Origin: an uncultured delta proteobacterium
GTDB taxonomy: Bacteria > Myxococcota_A > Polyangia > Fen-1088
Length of the DNA stretch: 64,000 bases
Reading direction: 5' to 3'
Assembly (NCBI GenBank): GCA_963796685.1
Contig: CAWCMR010000012.1
Location: forward strand, 35,872-99,871
Position numbers and translations under genes: made by a program. Shown in pieces: positions 9,426-18,422 of the stretch. The stretch's first letter is position 1. Every line of letters starts with the position of its first letter. Under the pieces are notes generated by a model. The model was not told where the DNA came from. It made no database searches and saw nothing but the letters and a program-made list of their open reading frames with translations.

Positions 9426-10673
9426 ATGCTAATCAGTAAAGTTGTTCTCCTGGCCGAGCTTGCGGCGATCCTTGCGGGCTGCAGCGGAACGAACAAGCCG
9501 GGAAGCGCGCCAGGCAGCGGAGGCGCTTTCGCCCACGGAGGTTCTCCCGGCCTCGACGGCGGGGGCAATCCGCAGGGCGGCGCAGGAAGCCTCGGGACGG
9601 GGGGAGCGAGCGGAAGTGCGGGAGGCGATGCCGAAGGAGCAGACGCGTCATCTGCGGTAGACGCGCCGATAGGCGGGGGAGGCGCCACGGGCGGTTCCGC
9701 AGGTGCGCGCACCGGAAGCGGTGGTGGCATCTCGGCGGGTGGCGGGGCGTTCGGAACCGGTGGCAGCGACGGCGGCGGTGGTATGGCAGTCGGCGGCTTT
9801 GCCACTGGCGGTCTGTCCGGTGGTGGGGGCGGCGGCGCGGCCGGAGCCGGCGGGGCCAGCGCAAGCGGTGGTCGGGTCGGCACTGGCGGGGCCAGCACGA
9901 CCGGAGGCGCCGACGGTACAGGGGGAAGCTCCGGCACTGGCGGGGCCAGCGCGACCGGAGGCGCCGGCGGTACAGGGGGAAGCTCCGGCACTGGCGGGGC
10001 CAGCGCGACCGGAGGCGCCAGCGGCACAGGCGGAGCCGCTGGCAACGGAGCCGCGAGCGCATCCTGGGACTTCGCCACCGATAGCGAAGGTTGGCTGGGC
10101 GGCTTCAGCGACTATCCCCCGGACATCGGGACCGGCTACAATCTGCAGTTCGAGTGGTCGGCGTTGCCCGCCGAGGTCGGCCCTGGCGGGGGCCTCCTGA
10201 TGAGTGGCAACAACCACAGCGACGACCTCTTCATGTTCATCAAGCGCCAAATCACCGGCCTTGCGCAAAGCACTCAGTACTTGCTCGACGTGACGGTCAT
10301 CCTGGACAGCAACGCTCCAGCGACCTGCGGCGGGGCCGGCGGGGCCCCGGGCGAAAGTGTATTCGTCAAGATCGGCGCCGTGCCCTTCGAACCCCTGAGC
10401 TCGGTCAATTCGGCGGGCATGCTGACCATGAATCTGGACAAGGGCAACCAGTCGGTCGGAGGTGCCGACATGAAGGTGGTGGGAAACATCTCCAATACCC
10501 TGCCCTGTCCGAGCGCGACCTACCAAGCCAAGACGCTCTCCCTCACCGGGTTCAGCGTGCGCAGCGCCAGTGACGGAACCCTGTGGCTCGTCATCGGCAC
10601 CGATTCGGGATTCGAGGGCATCACGACCCTCTACTACGCTCACATCTCGGCCAGCCTGACCCCGAGTCCGTAA
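9426..10673 (+). CDS. Lipoprotein with long Gly-rich linker and an uncharacterised beta-rich C-terminal domain
   Basis: Lipobox LAGC. The head domain reads WDFATDSEGWLGGFSDYP...GNNHSDDLFMFIKR...WLVIGTDSGFEG. 54-bp repeats at 9879, 9933 and 9987. Confidence 0.8.
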   Translation: MLISKVVLLAELAAILAGCSGTNKPGSAPGSGGAFAHGGSPGLDGGGNPQGGAGSLGTGGASGSAGGDAEGADASSAVDAPIGGGGATGGSAGARTGSGGGISAGGGAFGTGGSDGGGGMAVGGFATGGLSGGGGGGAAGAGGASASGGRVGTGGASTTGGADGTGGSSGTGGASATGGAGGTGGSSGTGGASATGGASGTGGAAGNGAASASWDFATDSEGWLGGFSDYPPDIGTGYNLQFEWSALPAEVGPGGGLLMSGNNHSDDLFMFIKRQITGLAQSTQYLLDVTVILDSNAPATCGGAGGAPGESVFVKIGAVPFEPLSSVNSAGMLTMNLDKGNQSVGGADMKVVGNISNTLPCPSATYQAKTLSLTGFSVRSASDGTLWLVIGTDSGFEGITTLYYAHISASLTPSP

Positions 10674-10854
10674 TCGCGCGCCTTTGATTCCGCGGTGGGC
10701 ACGATACCGGTTGTGATCGCCGCTACTCGCCAGACCAGAGCACGATGAGGGCTTCTACCGCTATAGAAGCCCGGATGTTGAGGGGGCACCGATTGCCATC
10801 TTGGTCGCGCTCGCACCTGCAAACATACCAAGATCCAGACGCCTCTCTCGCTGG

Positions 10855-12148
10855 ATGGGCTGGATGGCGGCTCTGTGTGCATTTCTCGTGGTTGCGGGTG
10901 CGATGAATGGATGCTCGAAGCACTCGGGCCTGACCATCGGGGGTACCGGGGGAGAATACGGCGACGGCGGCAAGATCGGCGTCGACAGCGACGTGGCGGA
11001 CCATGGAGACGGGGGGGCAGGAGGGAACGGAGGCGCCACAAATACGGGAGGGGGAAATGCGAGCTTTGGCGGCAGCGTGGCTATGGGCGGCTTCGGCGTG
11101 GCCGGAACGACAGGAGGAGCAGGAAACACAGGTGGGGCACCCTCCACGGACGTCACCACCTCTGGCACGACGATCGTCAATTGCTCTGGACCTTACAGTA
11201 CCAATAATGGCTCTATCAACGCGTTGCCAGTGAGCGCGGATGCATCCTGCGCTGGAGGCTGTTCGGCAATTTCGCCGTCCTCGGCCGTCTGCACAGATCG
11301 CGGGTGTTTGGTCACTCTCGCCTTTTGCCAAAGTGGTCCGTCGGGCATTGCGGCAGACGCCAACAATGTATATTGGACAGGAGCCGATAGCGATGGAGGA
11401 GCCGATAACGGAGTCTTATACAAGGTCTCTCGTATGGGTGGACCTCCGGTTGTCCTCGCTAAAGATTCAACGATGAGCAATATTCTCGCTGTTGACTCTG
11501 CGAACATTTACTGGAACGGCTCCTTGAAAATACTCAAGGTTTCTTTGGACGGGAGCGCTTCATCGGCTCTGGTAGAGGCCGGTGCCGGTGGAATCGCGGT
11601 TGACGGCTCTTTCCTATATTGGACTCTGGACTAACTCAACTGACGGAGTTGTACTCAAGGTTCCTCTAGGTGGCGGCGCCCCGGTAATGGTAGCCTCCGG
11701 ACAGAACCGGCCAACGGCGATCGCCGCGGACGCCGCGAACGTCTACTGGACCAACTACAATGCCGTGATGAAAATGCCAGTGGCTGGCGGCAAGGTGAGC
11801 AAGCTCGCTGACGCAGATTCCAGCGGCAGGCCTTTCATGGTCGCCATCGATGCGACGAACCTGTACTATGCTGCCGAGTCCACCGGCGCCGTGGTCAAGG
11901 TGCCGTTCGATGGCAGCGCACCCACGACTATCGCAAGTGGCCAGCAGACGCCGAGTGGCATCGTGGTGGCTGGAGCCAACGTATATTGGCCCGCCAGTAA
12001 CGGGATCATCACGGTGCCAATTGAGGGCGGTGCGCCTGTCGTCTTCGCACTGCCGCTCTCTCCCAAAGGTGGCTTCCAGTCCCCGCGAGGTATTGCCGCG
12101 TACGGGTCAACGGTGTTTTGGATCGATCAACCCAGCCCAATCCTGTGA
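10855..12148 (+). pseudogene. Lipoprotein with Gly linker and beta-propeller (IAVD..NVYW repeats), disrupted by a 7-bp insertion at ~11626
   Basis: Lipobox-like MNGC and repeated blades across two ORFs. The junction is TGGACT-C-TGGACT at 11620-11632; removing 7 bp gives YWTNSTDG. Confidence 0.75.
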
Positions 12149-12265
12149 CGCCAGCGTGCCGTAACCATCCGGTCCTGACCCTCTCGCGGGCGAGCTCCAC
12201 GGAAGGCAGAATGGCGGAGACACGATCCGACACCGCTCGCCCCTCGCGTCGGCAGCGTGCGCTGC

Positions 12266-12661
12266 TCAGGGGTGAATCACATGCAGGCTGAGCACGGCCT
12301 CGAACGGGTCAAAGTCGCGATCGTTGTGCAGCAGCTCGTGTCCCTCGCGCAAGCACAGCGTGGCGATCAGGCAGTCGATGGTCTTCCTGACCGTGTGGCC
12401 CCGCGCCCGCAAGCGGCGATAGTTGCGCGCCGATTCGACGGCCAAGTCCCTACCGCCTGTGTCGAACAGGTCGAAGGATGACATCTCCGCCAGCACATCG
12501 GTTGCATCCGCATCGCTGGACATCCCCTGCAAAATTTCGCACAAGATGAGGTCGCACGACCCCACGCGGGTCACGCCGAGAGCATGGTCCAGCCAGCGGG
12601 TTTGCGCCGTCCGTCGACCACGGAAGTAGTCAATCCAGACCGTGGTGTCGACGATGACCAC
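12266..12661 (-). CDS. vapC: VapC PIN-domain toxin
   Basis: VIVDTTVWID, EILQG, TIDCLIA and LLHNDRDF. Confidence 0.93.
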   Translation of the reverse strand: MVIVDTTVWIDYFRGRRTAQTRWLDHALGVTRVGSCDLILCEILQGMSSDADATDVLAEMSSFDLFDTGGRDLAVESARNYRRLRARGHTVRKTIDCLIATLCLREGHELLHNDRDFDPFEAVLSLHVIHP

Positions 12662-12664
12662 GCG

Positions 12665-12871
12665 TTACCTGTGTGAGGTTCGCCCCATTCGCGTCCTGGC
12701 CAGATCGCCCGTCCACTTGACCCGGCCGTGTAGACGACGCGCACCTGCCTGTCGATGCAGCGACACCAGGCTGCGCAGCCCAGCTTCGACCACCGCCCGC
12801 TTGGTGGGGAGCCCGCTGGCAGCAAGGGCATCCCGCATCAGGGTGTCGTCGATGACGATGTTGGTGCGCAT
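12665..12871 (-). CDS. vapB: VapB antitoxin
   Basis: MRTNIVIDDTLMRDAL...TKRAVVEAGL...W.GDL, 68 aa, directly upstream of vapC. Confidence 0.92.
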   Translation of the reverse strand: MRTNIVIDDTLMRDALAASGLPTKRAVVEAGLRSLVSLHRQAGARRLHGRVKWTGDLARTRMGRTSHR

Positions 12872-12906
12872 GTGTATAGATTGACACTGCGATGTGTATC
12901 TGTCAA
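12870..12906 (-). promoter_or_regulatory. vapBC promoter/operator
   Basis: Minus strand reads TTGACA-17 nt-CAATCT-6 nt-ATG. Inverted repeat TTGACA (12881) / TGTCAA (12901). Direct repeat ATGTGTAT at 12870 and 12892. Confidence 0.7.
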
Positions 12907-13100
12907 AGGCTGGCCTCCGGAGCAGCGCTTCGATCGACGATGACGGAATCGATCTTGGCGGAACACGGGTCGGCCTGCGCGTGGCCCTTCGGGAACTTTC
13001 GTGTCGGGAAGTTTTGTGATATTTTAGCTCCTGTTTTCCCCTAGCTGCGATTCGATGCGCGTCGTGCGCCAGAGTCCGAACCGGACACGAAGAGGTCGAC

Positions 13101-14854
13101 ATGGTCAAAAGGAGACTTGGCGGGCTGCTGTTGAGCAGCGTGATTTTCGCGTGGGGCTGCAGTTCGAGCACCGTTCCTGCTGCTGGCGCTGGGGGGGAGG
13201 ATCCCCGGGCGCTGGCGGGTCGAGCCAGCAGGGTAGGGGAGGTGGCGGTGGCGGCGGCACCACCGGATCGGGCGGGACCAGCTCCGGGAACGGTGGCTCG
13301 GCCACTACCTCGAGCTCGGCCACGGGCGGCAGCATGGGTGCAGGCACCACCGGCTCCGCCGGTATCGGCGGCTCGGGCGGGGCCGCCAGCTCGGGCGGAA
13401 GCACCAGCTCGGGCGGGGCCACGGGCTCGGGCGGAGCCACCAGCTCGGGCGGAACCACTGGCGCGGGCGGGATCGCCGGCCCGGGCGGCACGACCAGCGC
13501 GGGCGGTACAGCCACCGGTACGGGGAAGCCCGACGGCGCGGCAGGGGCCGACGGCGATGCGAGCATGACCGGCGGCGAGAGCGGCTCGCCCGACGCTGGC
13601 GCAGCAGACGCCGCTCCGGGCGTCCAGTATGCGCCGTCGTGCACGGGCTCGGGCAAGACCTACTATGCCAGCCCATCCGGAGCCGGTACGGATTGCAGCG
13701 CGAGCTCTCCCTGTTCCCTGAGCACGGCCGCATCCAAGCCGAAGCCAGGGGACATCGTGTGCTTGCGCGGCGGCACCTACACGACCGCGCTGACCATCGA
13801 CACGAAGGTGTCGGGCACCGCCACCAGCTGGATCACGTTTTCCGCCTACCCGGGAGAGCTGCCCATCATCAATGGTGGCGTGAGCATCCCTGGGCAGGCT
13901 TCGACCCACCTGCGCTTCAACGGGATCGCCACGCAGGGAGGGGGCAGCGGATTTGCCAATCCATTGACTCCGTCTGGCGCCAACGGTGCCTTGGAGTTCC
14001 TCAATTGCATTGCCGATATGAGCACGGAGAATGGCATCGGCTTCCATGGGGCCAGCGGCCTGCACGTGGCACAATGCATCGTCGCGCACACGGGAAGCAG
14101 TACGACGCACTCGTGGTCGAGCGGGGTCGACCTCTGGTCGGTGCAAGGGACGCCCAAGGACAACATCATCGAGCGTACCATCTCGTTCGAGAACGTCGAC
14201 ATGCAATGCCACAGCGATGGCAATGGTTTCACCGTCGACGTGAACACCACGGGTGCCACGTTCGTCAACAACATCGGCTTTCGCAACGGTGGCTCGTGCA
14301 TTCGCATCTGCGGCTCGTCCAACACAGTGATGATCAACAACACGTGCTTCGGTAACGGGCTCGACCCGAAAGCCGGCAGTATCGTGACGAGCACGAGCTG
14401 CCCGATGGACATCCCGCCCCCGACCAAGCCTGGCGAGATATGGTTCGTCGACAGCACCACGACGCTCTCCGGTGCGCAGCTCTTCAACAACCTGACGGTC
14501 GCGGCGTCCGAGCAGATCGCCATCAACCGGACCCCGAGCGCAACGGGCAGCAACGTCGTCATCGACAAAGGAGGCGCAACGCCCTTCTTCAACGGCCCGC
14601 CCACCGACCTCACGTTGACCTCGGACGCGGTGAGCACTATCGTCGGCAAAGGCTCGGCGGAGCATGCGCCGGCCCTCGATATCGGGTTCGATCCGAAGTG
14701 CATCACCAACACGGTGCCCAGCGGAGCCGGCGTGCAATCCTGGTGGAAGTACTCGATCGATTACAACTACATCCGGACCATCGGCGGCACCGTCAACTGT
14801 TTCCATCCCAAGACCCGCACGGGCAACCCCGATATCGGCGCATACGGTTATTGA
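13101..14854 (+). CDS. Lipoprotein with Gly/Ser/Thr linker and right-handed beta-helix (pectin-lyase-like) domain; frameshift in G7 tract 13191-13197
   Basis: Lipobox AWGC lies in the 13101 frame. YYASPSG, PGDIVCLRGGTY, AYPGELP, SDGNGF and NNIGFRNGG lie in the 13055 frame. One extra G joins them. Confidence 0.8.
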
Positions 14855-14914
14855 TGGTCGCCGCCTCGACCTCCTGGCGACATGCCGGGGATCCGAGAAA
14901 TTTCGTCGACCATT

Positions 14915-15535
14915 TTAGCCAGCGTGCAGGCGGAAGCAGTGCGAGCTGGAGCCGGGACGCCCGTGCATGGCGTAGGCCGTGGCCGTGCAGCCGCCTCGGC
15001 AACGACGAGCCTCTTCGCAACCGGCACACGCGCCGGACAACTGTTCGGGCGTGTAGTGGTGGTTGTAGCGGAAGCGCTGCGGGTCGTTCCAGATGGTCGC
15101 CAGCGACTCCTGCCGTACCTGACCCTCGGTGCAGACGTCGGGAAGGGCCAGACAGCCTTTCACGCGCCCGTCGCTGGTGATGCCAAGGGCATCAAGCCCG
15201 GCACGGCATCCGAGCCATGGGCGAGGAAAGCCCCCCTGGACGGTGCGCAACAGCAGATCGTCCGGCGTGCAGTAGCCGAGGTTGTCGGTGATGTGCGGGC
15301 GCAGACCGCGCCGACACGCCAGTCTGCGCAGGACGCGCAACAACTCGGGCATGAGGGTTGGCGAGGCTACCAGATGCCGGTTCTTCTCGGCGCGACCGAC
15401 GGGCAAGGTCAATTGCAACTGCCAGCCCAGCACGCCAGCGTCTTCGAGCAAGGGCGCGAGGGCCTCGAGCTCCCCCAAGTTGCCCTGGTTCACCTGACTG
15501 GTCACGCCCACCTTGAGTCGGGAGCCGTTTGACAC
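14915..15535 (-). pseudogene. C-terminal half of a radical SAM/SPASM protein (no CxxxCxxC)
   Basis: WQLQLTLPVGRA, GCRAG..LGITSDGRVKGC and CxxCxxxxxCxGGC...C. The N-terminal radical SAM motif is absent. Confidence 0.75.
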
Positions 15536-15542
15536 CAGCCTG

Positions 15543-18212
15543 CTAGCTCGCGGTCGCGGGGAGCGCGGCGGTGGCAGGCGCCTTCGGTTTCACCGGATGA
15601 CCGGTGGCGACATGGGCTTCGCCCTGTTTGCAGAGTCCCATGACGTAGTCCAGGGCGAGATCGATCTGGTCGACTTGGCAGAGCAGGAGGTCGCCTGGTC
15701 TCAGGCGGGAGATGGCGGCGCCAATGGCGGCCAGCTCGCCGGACTCTTGCAGGATGATCCGATCGCGCCGAGCGCTGCCAGGGCCTTGCTTGAAGCCCTC
15801 GCGCATGAGGGCCATGACCTCCCCGTCGGGGCGGCCGCGCGTGCACTGGTCCTCGTAGATGTAGATCTCGTGGAAGAAGTCGCCGATGATCCGGGCCTGG
15901 CGGATGATGTCGGCATCGCGACGGTCGCCAGCGGCGGTGTAGACGATCTTGCGCCGCCGGTGGGGCATCTTTTCGATGGCCTTGTTCAGGGCGAGCAGCG
16001 CCGACGCGTTGTGGCCGTAGTCGAGGATCACGGTGCTGCCGCGGTGGCTGATGACGTTGAAGCGCCCGGGGGTGGTCTTGAGATCGCTGGTGAAGGTCTC
16101 GATACCGGTGCGAATACCATCGAGAGAGAGACCAAGGGCGTGGCCCGCGGCGACCGCGGCGAGCAGGTTCTCGACCTGGAAGGCGATGCGTCCGCCGTGG
16201 GTCAGGGGCAGGTCGGCGAGGCGAGCCACGCGACGCTCGTCGCGGCCGCTGGCGAGGACGATGGCGCCTTCGCGCACGGTGACGGCCTTGCCTCCCTTGG
16301 CGCGATGGCTGACGAGGACCGGCGATTCGGGATTGCGGCCGAAGAAGATCACGCTGCCTCGGCAGAGCTTGGCCATGTCAGCCACCAGGGGATCGTCGGC
16401 ATTGAGAACCGCGGCCCCTTGCGCGGTTACGCGGCGAACCGGGATGGCCTTGACCCGCGCCAGCTCCTCGACGGTGGCGATGCCGCCGAGACCCAGGTGA
16501 TCGCCCTCGCCCACGTTGGTGACGATGGCGACGTCGCACCAGTCGAAACCCAGGCCCTCGCGCAAGATGCCGCCGCGGGCGGTCTCCAGCACGGCGGCGT
16601 CCACGCGCGGATTGCCGAGGATGGAGCGCGCGCTCTTGGGGCCGCTGCAGTCGCCGGTGTCGATGCGTCGGTTCTCGACGTAGATTCCGTCGGTGCAGGT
16701 CATGCCCACGCGTCGGCCCGAGCGCTGGAGCAAGTGGGCCACGCAGCGGGTGGTCGTGGTCTTGCCGTTGGTACCGGTGATGGCGACGATGGGGATGCGC
16801 CCGTTGTCGCCGTGGGGGAAGATGGAATTGACCATGGCCTCGCCCACCGGGCGCGGGGTGCCGTGCGATGGTTCGAGGTGCATGCGCAGGCCGGGGGCCG
16901 CGTTGACCTCGACGATGGCGCCGCGGGTGACGTCGAGCGGCTGATCGATACGTGTGGCCACGACGTCGATGCCGGCCACGTCCAAGCCCACCATGGCGGC
17001 GGCGTCGATGGCCCGTTCGGCGACGAGTGGGTGAACCTCGTCGGTGACGTCGATGGCGCTGCCGCCCGTGCTGAGATTGGCATTGCGGCGCAGGACGACG
17101 ACCTGTCCTTCCGCCGCAATGGTGTCGACCGTCATGCCCTGCTCGGCCAGCATTTCGCGGCCGATGGCATCCAGGCGCAACTTGCTAAGCGCCGTGGCGT
17201 GGTCCTCGCCACGCAGTGGATCCTGGTTGGCGACCTCGACCAACTCGGCGATGGTATGCCGTCCATCGCCGACCACGGTGGGACATTCGCGTCGCGCCGC
17301 CGCGATCAGGCGGCCGCCGATGACCAGGAGACGGAAGTCGTGGCCTTCCACGTGGCGCTCGACCAGGATTTCGTCCTCCTGAGCAGCGGCAAACGTGTAG
17401 GCGGCCATGACCGCCTCGCGCGTGCGCAGGCCCACCGAGACGCCGCGCCCTTGGTTGCCCTTGCGCGGTTTGACCACCACGGGCACGCCGATTTCCTGCG
17501 CCGCAGTCCAGGCTTGCTCCGCATTCGAGACCGACCGTCCCTCGGGCACGGGCACACCGATGGCGGACAACAGCGACTTGGTCAATTCCTTGTCCTGAGC
17601 GATGGACTCGGCGATGGCGCTGGTGCGATCGGTCTCCGACGCCCAGATGCGACGCTGGCGCGAACCATGGCCCAGCATGACCAGGCTGCCGTCGGTCAGC
17701 CGGCGCGACGCGATGCCGCGCGCCTCGGCCGCACGCACGATGGCTCCCGTGCTCGGTCCCAGCCTGACGGACTGGTTGAGGCTGCGCAGGTCCTTGATGG
17801 CGGTTCCCAGGTCCACGCACCTGTCCTCGCGCACCGCTGCGAGCAAGTCGACCGCGAGGGCAAAGGCCCTGCGCCCGACCTCTTCTTCCTGGTACTGCAC
17901 GAGGATGCGGAACGCACTGCCGTCATCCAATTCGTGAACCACCGGCGCGGCGACTTCGCAGCCGGCCAGTCGTTCCACAGCAGCCGCGAGCTCGGCGATG
18001 AGGCAGGCTTCCCCGTGATGCGTTTCGCACGCTTCGCTGCGATCCCACACCTCCTGGGTCATCTTGGCCAGCTCCTCGGGCAGCCAGCTGCGCAACCGGC
18101 CGAGCATCGCTGGAGTCACCAGCTCGGCATCGACCACCATGATGGCCTCGAGGAGGGTTTCGTCCGACCACAGATTGGGACCGCGTAGGGTGCGAAGGTT
18201 GTCTGATCTCAT
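15543..18212 (-). CDS. cphA: Cyanophycin synthetase (full ATP-grasp plus Mur-ligase domains)
   Basis: RGPNLW, LGPSTGAIV, KPRKGNQGRGV, NANLSTGG, EVNAAPGLRMH, ITGTNGKTTT, ETARGG and DYGHN. Confidence 0.95.
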   Translation of the reverse strand: MRSDNLRTLRGPNLWSDETLLEAIMVVDAELVTPAMLGRLRSWLPEELAKMTQEVWDRSEACETHHGEACLIAELAAAVERLAGCEVAAPVVHELDDGSAFRILVQYQEEEVGRRAFALAVDLLAAVREDRCVDLGTAIKDLRSLNQSVRLGPSTGAIVRAAEARGIASRRLTDGSLVMLGHGSRQRRIWASETDRTSAIAESIAQDKELTKSLLSAIGVPVPEGRSVSNAEQAWTAAQEIGVPVVVKPRKGNQGRGVSVGLRTREAVMAAYTFAAAQEDEILVERHVEGHDFRLLVIGGRLIAAARRECPTVVGDGRHTIAELVEVANQDPLRGEDHATALSKLRLDAIGREMLAEQGMTVDTIAAEGQVVVLRRNANLSTGGSAIDVTDEVHPLVAERAIDAAAMVGLDVAGIDVVATRIDQPLDVTRGAIVEVNAAPGLRMHLEPSHGTPRPVGEAMVNSIFPHGDNGRIPIVAITGTNGKTTTTRCVAHLLQRSGRRVGMTCTDGIYVENRRIDTGDCSGPKSARSILGNPRVDAAVLETARGGILREGLGFDWCDVAIVTNVGEGDHLGLGGIATVEELARVKAIPVRRVTAQGAAVLNADDPLVADMAKLCRGSVIFFGRNPESPVLVSHRAKGGKAVTVREGAIVLASGRDERRVARLADLPLTHGGRIAFQVENLLAAVAAGHALGLSLDGIRTGIETFTSDLKTTPGRFNVISHRGSTVILDYGHNASALLALNKAIEKMPHRRRKIVYTAAGDRRDADIIRQARIIGDFFHEIYIYEDQCTRGRPDGEVMALMREGFKQGPGSARRDRIILQESGELAAIGAAISRLRPGDLLLCQVDQIDLALDYVMGLCKQGEAHVATGHPVKPKAPATAALPATAS

Positions 18213-18422
18213 TGGCTGCTTTCCACGGCCGCCGAGGGTTGGCTCCGGCAGACCATGTTCCTTGGGGGACTGTGCTCATCCACCAGGGAATCTCCAGAGC
18301 GCATAGAGGTCCTGACGGATATGAAGTCAGACGGGCGGGCCGCGCCGATTATTCAGTCCGCGCTCGGGGGGAATCGATCTTTTCCATCGCAGCGCGATGT
18401 TGACCATGATTCCCTATTCATT

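Noticed and set aside
1-12906. Prophage or defence island (ATPase, vapBC)
   Set aside because: No integrase, phage structural genes, att repeats or recognisable defence genes. Both elements are common stand-alone accessories.
5652-13520. Repeat arrays as a possible CRISPR array
   Set aside because: The units are contiguous in-frame coding repeats without unique spacers, and no cas genes are present.
14915-15535. Functional RiPP cluster around the SPASM ORF
   Set aside because: The radical SAM motif is absent, and no precursor peptide, protease or transporter is nearby.
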